A stretch of 32,000 nucleotides of DNA from Breznakia blatticola (GTDB lineage: Bacteria; Bacillota_I; Bacilli_A; Erysipelotrichales; Erysipelotrichaceae), in assembly GCF_004365815.1 (NCBI RefSeq), contig NZ_SODD01000003.1, forward strand, positions 30,001 through 62,000, written 5' to 3'. Positions 25,121-32,000 of the stretch are shown here, piece after piece. The notes under the pieces were generated by a model. The model saw only the letters and a program-made list of their open reading frames with translations. It was not told the DNA's origin and ran no database searches. Position 1 is the first letter of the stretch; every line of letters starts with the position of its first letter. A program made the position numbers and the translations under genes.

Positions 25121-25798
25121 ATGATTTGCATCTTTCTTCTCTTTTGTAGCGGATGCAGACAAAGTGCAAGTGAACAAGGAAACTTAAAAGATTTTTCTCT
25201 TATAGAAGAAGAAAAAGATCTAACTCCACCAATCATCATTTGCGATAGTGATTCCTATGAAATTGAATTAGGTGCAAACTTTGATTTAAAAGAGCATATA
25301 GAAGTTGTCGATAACAAGACAAAGAATATTCGTTATCAAATCGAAGGTGATTTTGATAAATACAAACCTGGTCACTACCAAGTAGAAATTGTGGCAAAAG
25401 ATCATGCAGGAAATGAAGCACGTAAAGCACTTGAAATACTTGTACGCGATACGTCTTCAAAAAAAGAGCCATCCAAGGCGATACCTCCAAACAAAGAAAG
25501 TGATACTACACCTTTACCAAATACAAATTTACAACCAAATGGTGTAACTCCTATCATAAATACTCCTACAGAGAATGGGAATTCCATAGCGGTAGAAACT
25601 GTCGTATCACAAACAAAACCTGAAGAACGAAGTTTTCTGTTTACAGAAGGTTATACTACTTCTACAGGTTTAAAACCTGCGGATCATGCTTGCCAACAAT
25701 ACCTACTTAGTGTGCATACAAGTGGATATAGTGGACACTGTGAAATCCTTTACGATCAAGATCGTAATCCGATAGGAACAAAAGCCACATTCCATTAA
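25121..25798 (+). CDS. Putative lipoprotein with a bacterial Ig-like (DUF5011-type) domain; start revised to ATG 25121
   Basis: MICIFLLFCSGC is a lipobox-like signal. PPIIICDSDSYEIELGANFDLKEHIEVVDN...GHYQVEIVAKDHAGNEA resembles Ig-like surface domains. A Pro/Thr/Asn linker and a Cys-containing C-terminal region follow. The ORF-track TTG start 25061 lies inside the adhesin gene. Confidence 0.6.
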   Translation: MICIFLLFCSGCRQSASEQGNLKDFSLIEEEKDLTPPIIICDSDSYEIELGANFDLKEHIEVVDNKTKNIRYQIEGDFDKYKPGHYQVEIVAKDHAGNEARKALEILVRDTSSKKEPSKAIPPNKESDTTPLPNTNLQPNGVTPIINTPTENGNSIAVETVVSQTKPEERSFLFTEGYTTSTGLKPADHACQQYLLSVHTSGYSGHCEILYDQDRNPIGTKATFH

Positions 25799-25836
25799 AA
25801 AAAGGTCTGTCTCATGTAAGTGAGATTGACCTTTTG
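25797..25836. terminator. Bidirectional terminator between the lipoprotein gene (+) and the ABC permease gene (-)
   Basis: AGGTCTGTCTCA-TGTAAG-TGAGATTGACCT hairpin flanked by an A-run (25797-25803) and TTTT (25832-25835). Confidence 0.55.
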
Positions 25837-25844
25837 CTTTTTGC

Positions 25845-26795
25845 TTATCTTTCTCCAGCGTCGTAAATTTGACCTGCAGCTTTTGGACCAATTGAACGTT
25901 TGGCAAATAATACCAATGCAACAATGGTTAATACATAAGGAATTGAGTAGAAGAATTCTGTAGGCATTCCACTTAATCCAGGAATGTTTCCTGAGTATGA
26001 TGAAATGATTTCTGAGAATCCAAAGAATACTCCAGTAAGTAGACATCCCCATGGATTCCACTTTCCAAATACCAAACATCCAAGAGCGATAAACCCAACT
26101 CCGTGAATAACTGATACAGAGAATTGAATGTTTGTTGTTAAAAGCATGATTCCTCCAGCAAGCCCTCCTAGAGCTCCTGAAGTTAGAACTCCAATGTAAC
26201 GCATTTTTGCAACATTGATTCCCATTGATGCACTGGCTTGTGGGAATTCTCCACAACTACGTAAACGTAATCCAAATCTTGTTTTATATAACAAGAAGTA
26301 TGCACCAACAACAAGTAATACAGCAATGAAGAATGTTGGATATGCTTCATTAAAGAACATACGGCCAAGAATTGGAATATCCTTTAAAATAGGAATTGAA
26401 ATCTTTGGCATACTTACAGGAATGTTAGGTGATCTTTGTCCTTGGAAAATTAATTGACATAAGAATACGGTAATTCCTGTTGATAACATGTTAAGCGCAG
26501 TACCAGAAATGGTTTGATCTGCACGTAATCGAATCGAAACAAAAGCATGAATTGCTGAGTAGGCACAACCAACAAGGGCTCCTACAAGTAATCCAACCCA
26601 GATTGCAGCACGTCCCATACTTTCACCTAGGAAAATAACTGTAACTGCAGTTGCGAATGCTCCTACTAACATAATCCCTTCCAAAGCGATGTTGATAACT
26701 CCACTTCTTTCTGAGAATAATCCACCAAGCGCTGCAATGATAATTGGCGTTGCCATAACTAGTGCAGCTGGGAACATTTGTAAGAATAATTCCAT
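25845..26795 (-). CDS. ABC transporter permease, nucleoside/simple-sugar type (NupQ/RnsD/YufQ-like)
   Basis: 316-aa polytopic membrane protein, last gene of a bmp-ATPase-permease-permease operon. Confidence 0.85.
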   Translation of the reverse strand: MELFLQMFPAALVMATPIIIAALGGLFSERSGVINIALEGIMLVGAFATAVTVIFLGESMGRAAIWVGLLVGALVGCAYSAIHAFVSIRLRADQTISGTALNMLSTGITVFLCQLIFQGQRSPNIPVSMPKISIPILKDIPILGRMFFNEAYPTFFIAVLLVVGAYFLLYKTRFGLRLRSCGEFPQASASMGINVAKMRYIGVLTSGALGGLAGGIMLLTTNIQFSVSVIHGVGFIALGCLVFGKWNPWGCLLTGVFFGFSEIISSYSGNIPGLSGMPTEFFYSIPYVLTIVALVLFAKRSIGPKAAGQIYDAGER

Positions 26796-26796
26796 T

Positions 26797-27906
26797 TTAT
26801 TTTCCCTCCTTACTAGTTTCTAAGGTTTTTGGCTTAGCTTTTTTATGCTTACGCGCTTCAAGTTTTGTAAGTAATAAGCGAATACCATATTGCATTGCCA
26901 CAAATAATACGATAAATGCTGAAATAATTTCATTGATTTCTTTTGGTACTCCAGTTGCTTGCATTAATGGTGCCATAACTTTTAACAAACCAAATAGCAA
27001 TCCAGCTAAGACAATACCAATGGCGTTAAATGCACCTACAAAGGCAACCGCAATTCCATCAAATCCGTAGTTTTCAAATCCACTAAGAACACGTCCCATG
27101 TTGAATACACCAAGTGACATAATTGCTCCAGCTAGACCAGCTAATGCTCCAGCGATCATCATCGATAGTACAACGTTACGTTTTGTTTTCATACCTGCAT
27201 AATCTGCAGCGTATTCATTGTGTCCAGTTGCTCGTAAACTAAATCCAAATGATGTTTTGTTTAAAATAAACCAGTAAGCAAATACACAGAATGCAACAAT
27301 TAGAATTCCCCAGTGCAAACGTGAGTGATTAGTAAGTCCACTTAAGAACTCTGAACTTAATGATGCAGATGAAGGAATCACTACCGTTTTAGAAATACTT
27401 GATCCTGGTAATGATTTCAAAATAAAGTTACTTAAATACATACCAAAGTAGTTCAACATAATACAAACTACAACTTCATTTATCTTAAAATTACTTTTCA
27501 GTAGACCAGGTATAAAACCCCATAAGGCTCCTGCAAGGGCTCCTGCAAGTACTGATGCAATTACATGTAAGATTCCTGGTAGTGGTACTAAAATAGCAAC
27601 TACAACACTCGCACATGCTCCTACCATGAATTGTCCTTCAGCCCCAATGTTAAACATTCCTGTTTTATAAGCAAAGGCTACAGACAATCCCGTTAAAATT
27701 AGCGGTAAAGAGAATACGATAAATTCTCCAGTATTACGTAAGTTAAAAACTGGGCGTTGTGTTGTCATACCAGTCAGTCCACGTAAAATCGCATTGAATA
27801 ATACCATTGGACTATATCCAGAAACAACTAAGATAATTAGACCAAGAAGTAACCCAAGTCCAACCGAAACTAACGAAACTTTTAATGCTGAGGTTTTGTT
27901 ATTCAT
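26797..27906 (-). CDS. ABC transporter permease (NupP/RnsC/YufP-like); start revised to ATG 27906
   Basis: MNNKTSALKVSLVSVGLGLLLG... is preceded by the SD AAGGAGG and gives the 8-nt ATGAATAA overlap with the ATPase stop. The ORF-track extension to 28005 lies inside the ATPase gene. Confidence 0.85.
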   Translation of the reverse strand: MNNKTSALKVSLVSVGLGLLLGLIILVVSGYSPMVLFNAILRGLTGMTTQRPVFNLRNTGEFIVFSLPLILTGLSVAFAYKTGMFNIGAEGQFMVGACASVVVAILVPLPGILHVIASVLAGALAGALWGFIPGLLKSNFKINEVVVCIMLNYFGMYLSNFILKSLPGSSISKTVVIPSSASLSSEFLSGLTNHSRLHWGILIVAFCVFAYWFILNKTSFGFSLRATGHNEYAADYAGMKTKRNVVLSMMIAGALAGLAGAIMSLGVFNMGRVLSGFENYGFDGIAVAFVGAFNAIGIVLAGLLFGLLKVMAPLMQATGVPKEINEIISAFIVLFVAMQYGIRLLLTKLEARKHKKAKPKTLETSKEGK

Positions 27907-29437
27907 GAGTTGTATCCTCCTTGTGTTTTTCTCCTGCCATATACAATCCAATGTCTTTGAAGTCTGTTTTATCACGATCGATAAATGCCGTACGTTCTCC
28001 ATCATGGATAACTACGATACGATCTGATAAATCTAGAATTTCATCTAAATCTAATGACATTAACAAGACTGCTTTTCCATTATCACGCTCTTCCACGATT
28101 CTTCCATGGATGTATTCAATCGCACCAACGTCAAGTCCACGAGTTGGTTGTACAACAAGTAGTAATTTTGGTGAGCGATCAAGTTCTCTAGCAATAATGG
28201 CTTTTTGTTGGTTTCCCCCTGACATACTACGAGTTAAGGATTCTTTTCCTTCCCCACTACGTACATCAAATTCATCAATTAGTTTATTTGCATGTTCATC
28301 AATAATATCCATTTGCAGAATTCCATGTTTTGCATATGGTGCATCTGCATAAGATTGTAAGATTAAGTTTTCTTTTAATAAGAAATCAAGTACCAATCCA
28401 TATTTATGGCGGTCTTCAGGAATGTGTCCCATCCCTTTATCAAAACGTTCTTTGACTGAGCAGTTGCGGATATCTTCCCCACAAAGTAAAATTTCACCTT
28501 TGCTTGCTTTCATCAATCCAGCAAGTGCATAAATCAATTCACTTTGTCCATTCCCATCAACTCCAGCAAGTCCAACAATTTCACCTGCACGTACATCAAA
28601 TGAGAAATCTTTAACGATTTGTTTCTTACTTTCATTTTCCACACATAAGTTTTTTACATCAAGAATTACTTCTTTTGGATTTGCTGGTTTTTTATCAATC
28701 GTAAAGTTTACGTTACGACCAACCATCATTTCTGCCATTTCTGGAATACTTGTTGTTTTTACATCAACTGTATCGATGTATTTTCCACGACGTAAAATCG
28801 TACACTCATCTGCTACTGATTTAATTTCAATCAGTTTGTGGGTAATAAGAAGAATACTTTTTCCTTCTTTTACCAAACGTTTCATAATCTCAATTAAATC
28901 ATCAATTTCTTGCGGTGTTAATACCGCTGTTGGTTCATCAAAAATAAGAATATTTGCATCACGATACAACATCTTAAGAATTTCAACTTTTTGTTGCATC
29001 CCAACGGAAATATCAGAAATCTTTGCATTTGGATCCACGTTGAATCCATATTGTTCTGACAACTCTTTGATTTTGCGATTTGCCGTTTTAATGTCAATAA
29101 CATTCATTTTGTTTTTGACTGGTTCATCACCTAAAATGATATTTTCTGCTACTGTAAATGATTCAATAAGTTTAAAGTGTTGATGCACCATCCCTATTTT
29201 TAACTCTGTAGCCAAGTTTGGATCCATTTCCTTAATCGTTTCACCATGAACCTTTATTACACCTGAGGTTGGCTGGTAAAGACCGAAAAGAATGGACATT
29301 AATGTAGATTTTCCTGCTCCGTTTTCACCAAGTAAAGCATGGATTGAGCCTTCTTTCAAACGTAATGTAATATTATCATTTGCCTTAATTCCCGGGAATT
29401 CCTTGGTGATATTTAGCATTTCAACAGCGTATGCCAT
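27899..29437 (-). CDS. ABC transporter ATP-binding protein with duplicated ATPase domains (NupO/RnsB/YufO-like)
   Basis: 512 aa with Walker A GENGAGKST and a second P-loop GVDGNGQSE, the signature-like MSGGNQQK, and Walker B ILIFDEPT / LLVVQPTRGLD. Confidence 0.92.
   Translation of the reverse strand: MAYAVEMLNITKEFPGIKANDNITLRLKEGSIHALLGENGAGKSTLMSILFGLYQPTSGVIKVHGETIKEMDPNLATELKIGMVHQHFKLIESFTVAENIILGDEPVKNKMNVIDIKTANRKIKELSEQYGFNVDPNAKISDISVGMQQKVEILKMLYRDANILIFDEPTAVLTPQEIDDLIEIMKRLVKEGKSILLITHKLIEIKSVADECTILRRGKYIDTVDVKTTSIPEMAEMMVGRNVNFTIDKKPANPKEVILDVKNLCVENESKKQIVKDFSFDVRAGEIVGLAGVDGNGQSELIYALAGLMKASKGEILLCGEDIRNCSVKERFDKGMGHIPEDRHKYGLVLDFLLKENLILQSYADAPYAKHGILQMDIIDEHANKLIDEFDVRSGEGKESLTRSMSGGNQQKAIIARELDRSPKLLLVVQPTRGLDVGAIEYIHGRIVEERDNGKAVLLMSLDLDEILDLSDRIVVIHDGERTAFIDRDKTDFKDIGLYMAGEKHKEDTTHE
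29387..29400. other. 14-bp perfect palindrome AATTCCCGGGAATT, resembling a Noc-binding site (NBS)
   Basis: Read directly from the sequence. It matches the B. subtilis NBS consensus ATTTCCCGGGAAAT at 12 of 14 positions, with the two mismatches symmetric. It lies inside the ATPase coding sequence (KEFPGIK). Confidence 0.35.
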
Positions 29438-29481
29438 ATCTTCCTCCTATTATATATGTTCTATATTAATTTTATCATAAG

Positions 29482-29507
29482 AAAAAGGGGATGGACATCC
29501 CCCTTAT
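29482..29507 (-). terminator. Short intrinsic terminator/attenuator between the binding-protein gene and the ATPase gene
   Basis: Minus-strand GGGGAT-GTCC-ATCCCC is followed by TTTTTC, 20 nt after the bmp stop codon. Confidence 0.5.
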
Positions 29508-29528
29508 TCTTCTATTGTTTAAGAACGA

Positions 29529-30593
29529 TTAGTTCGTACCACCATTAGTGATTTTAGCTTCTTCAGAAACTTTGATTGATCCATCTTTAATACCAGCGAT
29601 TGCATCGTTTAATGCTTTCGTAATATCTTCTGATAAGTTTGGATTTTCTTCTGGGAATCCTACACCATCAAGGTCAAAGTTGTATGTAATTGTTTCAGCT
29701 TTGAAGTTTCCATCTAAGATTTGTTTACATGCGTCGTAAGTTGCAACGTCAACACGTTTTAAAGCAGATGTTAAGATTACTGAATCTCCACTTGCCATTT
29801 TACCATCTTCATATTGGTCACGGTCAACACCTACTGTGTATAGTTCTTCACCTTTTTCCGTACGTTCTTGAGCTTCTTGGATTACACCGTTTCCTGCGTT
29901 ACCAGCAGCAGCGTAAATAACTTTTACTCCAGCGTCATATTGTTTTGCAGCTAATGTTTTTGCTTTACCTGCATCATCAAATGATCCAGCGTAGTCTACA
30001 TAAATTTTTGCTTTAGGGTTAGCAGCTAATGCTCCTTGTTCGAATCCAGCTTGGAATGCTCCAATAACTGGTCCTTCCATACCACCGATAAATCCAACAC
30101 TGTCAGATCCTAATGCTTTTGCTTCTAATGCAGCAGCAACACCAGCTAAGTATGAACCTTCGTGAGCAGCAAATACTGCAGATTGTACATTGTCAGCTTC
30201 TACTACAGAATCAATAATTAAGAAGTTTGTTTCTGGGAATTGTGCAGAAACATCTTTCATTGCATCTTCGAATAAGTATCCAGCAGCAACTACTAGATCA
30301 AATCCATCTTCAGATAATTGTGTAAGGTTACTTACGTAGTCAGCTTCAGCTTTTGATTCAAGGTATGTAATACAGTCATCTCCTAAACCTTCGTCTTCAG
30401 CAAATTTTTTGATTCCTTCCCAAGATCCTTGGTTGAATGAACGGTCATCAATACCACCCATGTCAGTTACGAAACCAATTTTTACTTTACATGATTTGTC
30501 ATCTGATCCTTTGTCTTTGTCATCTGACCCACCACAAGCTGTTAGTGTGAATACTAACATTGCACATAGTGCGATAATACTAAATTTTTTCAT
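29529..30593 (-). CDS. BMP-family (PnrA/NupN-like) nucleoside-binding lipoprotein; start revised to ATG 30593
   Basis: MKKFSIIALCAMLVFTLTACGG signal with lipobox, then the BMP-family block IGFVTDMGGIDDRSFNQGSWEG. The SD GGAGG lies upstream of 30593. Confidence 0.9.
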   Translation of the reverse strand: MKKFSIIALCAMLVFTLTACGGSDDKDKGSDDKSCKVKIGFVTDMGGIDDRSFNQGSWEGIKKFAEDEGLGDDCITYLESKAEADYVSNLTQLSEDGFDLVVAAGYLFEDAMKDVSAQFPETNFLIIDSVVEADNVQSAVFAAHEGSYLAGVAAALEAKALGSDSVGFIGGMEGPVIGAFQAGFEQGALAANPKAKIYVDYAGSFDDAGKAKTLAAKQYDAGVKVIYAAAGNAGNGVIQEAQERTEKGEELYTVGVDRDQYEDGKMASGDSVILTSALKRVDVATYDACKQILDGNFKAETITYNFDLDGVGFPEENPNLSEDITKALNDAIAGIKDGSIKVSEEAKITNGGTN

Positions 30594-30639
30594 CTTTACC
30601 TCCGCGGGAAACTCCCTAAAAAACATTTAGTCAATCTAT

Positions 30640-31482
30640 TTATACAACGTAAACTTGTCCTTGTCTATTCATTAAAGCGATTTTCTTATAAGCATTCGCT
30701 TCCGCTTCACTTACCGTCTTCATTCCGAACACGGATACCCCCTCTGGACGTACTCCATAAGGGCGGTAGCGTAGTAACTTATAAGGAATGCTCGCCTCAA
30801 GATGTTTACTTACATAGTCAACGGTCTTCGTATTTTGCTCATCTTCTTCAGGCAACAATACGGTTCGCACTTCGACCAGTTTTCCTATCGATTGTAAGTA
30901 TTCAAGATTTTCAAGAACAACTTTATTGCTGTATCTGCAAAGCTTTTGATGAAATGCTTCATCTACAGCTTTTACATCTAACATCACTCCATCACTAATC
31001 TCAAGTAGTGGTTTATACTGTTTAAAATCATATGCACCATTACTATCAATCAGACAGGTTAATCCCAACTTTTTCACTTCAACAAATAAATCATAAATGA
31101 AGTCTGCATAATTCATACATTCACCACCACTAACCGTAATTCCGCTAATGAATAATGCATGTTCTTTAATATATGCGACTAGTGTTTGTACATCGTATGT
31201 TTTCACTTTCGGGGATGAATGGTGTTTACATACTTTTATGCACGTATCACAGTCTACACATTTACTAGAATCCCAGACAACTTTTCCATTCACTTTGCTA
31301 AGTGCATGGGTTGGGCATGTTGGTATACATTCTCCACAATCCACACAAAGATTAATCGTTTCTGGATTGTGACAATACAAGCAACGAAATGGGCAACTTT
31401 GGAAAAAGATAGCCGTTCGATTTCCTGGTCCATCTACATTTGAAAAGGGAATAATCTTATTTACAATTGCAGTTTTACTCAC
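30640..31482 (-). CDS. Glycyl-radical enzyme activating protein, YjjW-type radical SAM with ferredoxin-like insert
   Basis: CPFRCLYCHNPE is a CX3CX2C radical SAM cluster. Two further Cys clusters are present (CVDCGECIPTCP, CVDCDTCIKVC), plus GITVSGGE. It is colinear with E. coli YjjW as recalled (KIIPFSxVDGPG...GKVVW). Confidence 0.85.
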   Translation of the reverse strand: MSKTAIVNKIIPFSNVDGPGNRTAIFFQSCPFRCLYCHNPETINLCVDCGECIPTCPTHALSKVNGKVVWDSSKCVDCDTCIKVCKHHSSPKVKTYDVQTLVAYIKEHALFISGITVSGGECMNYADFIYDLFVEVKKLGLTCLIDSNGAYDFKQYKPLLEISDGVMLDVKAVDEAFHQKLCRYSNKVVLENLEYLQSIGKLVEVRTVLLPEEDEQNTKTVDYVSKHLEASIPYKLLRYRPYGVRPEGVSVFGMKTVSEAEANAYKKIALMNRQGQVYVV

Positions 31483-32000
31483 TGTAAATTTTGCGACTTA
31501 ACGCTTTTCCTTTTTCTTCTGCACCTTTTCCAAACATCGTTACTTGGTTTAGACTTGCTTCATTATTTCTTAATTTTTCAATTTCACTTCGTTTTACTAA
31601 ATATCCAGTTACTCGGACTACATCGTTATCTGCATTATATCCTGAGAAATAACGCATTCCACTAGTTAGAGCACCTTTAATAATTTGTAAGACTGCTTCT
31701 GGTGTTTTCGTCCATGTTTCATCAAACTTGAAGATATCTCCAACTCCAGAAACAAAATGTTTATGCATTTTTGCTTCCAATAAAATATGATCCCGTAATT
31801 CTGGTTCACTACCAATCGGAATTCTCACACCTGGTGAGTTTTCCGTACCATCACTATCGATTCCAACCTGTGCATGCATGACATAGGTATCATTGCACCC
31901 TTCACAGTACAATCCCTTATGTCCAACAACAAGGTCGTGAATCGTATCTAATATTTGCAAACCAAGATTGGTTGCTTCTTCGTTATGTCCATATCCTGCA
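31475..32000 (-). CDS. Glycyl-radical enzyme, probably YjjI family; C-terminal ~175 aa only, 5' end beyond the right edge
   Basis: Glycyl-radical fingerprint VVRVTGYLV lies about 45 aa from the C-terminus. There is an 8-nt overlap with the activase start. The frame is open to the window edge (I checked the codons upstream of the track's TTG start). Confidence 0.7.
   Translation of the reverse strand, partial: AGYGHNEEATNLGLQILDTIHDLVVGHKGLYCEGCNDTYVMHAQVGIDSDGTENSPGVRIPIGSEPELRDHILLEAKMHKHFVSGVGDIFKFDETWTKTPEAVLQIIKGALTSGMRYFSGYNADNDVVRVTGYLVKRSEIEKLRNNEASLNQVTMFGKGAEEKGKALSRKIYSE

Noticed and set aside
25795-26256. 153-aa minus-strand ORF overlapping the ABC permease in another frame
   Set aside because: It is a same-strand, out-of-frame overlap with a well-supported permease gene. 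It is Trp/Arg/Cys-rich nonsense composition and begins inside the terminator region.

Overview
AT-rich (roughly one-third G+C by eye, not computed) chromosomal segment of a low-GC Firmicute; the exact taxon cannot be determined from the sequence alone. The left 17.6 kb is a carbohydrate / glycated-amine utilisation region. It holds two anciently diverged mannose-family PTS operons, each with an FrlB-like SIS deglycase and a HAD phosphatase. Operon 1 (1-5261, minus) ends in an EutH-family permease. It is read from a sigma-A promoter embedded in an ATACCA-repeat operator region shared with two tandem GntR/HutC regulators. Operon 2 (7851-13511, minus) adds FrlC-like and DeoC-like enzymes. It is read from tandem sigma-54 -24/-12 promoters just downstream of a LevR-type enhancer-binding protein, whose gene sits back-to-back with rpoN. 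Next come the origin-type block rsmG-noc-parA-parB (minus) and a 690-bp non-coding gap with an orphan terminator. These are followed by a 1195-aa Cna-B/isopeptide-type wall-anchored adhesin plus a lipoprotein (plus), a BMP-family nucleoside-type ABC transporter, and a YjjI/YjjW-type glycyl-radical enzyme pair (minus). I saw no rRNA, tRNA, CRISPR array or transposase. The best candidate for an undescribed system is the sigma-54-controlled PTS/FrlB/FrlC/DeoC/HAD operon together with its GntR-controlled paralogue. Several ORF-track starts are revised below from RBS and promoter evidence.
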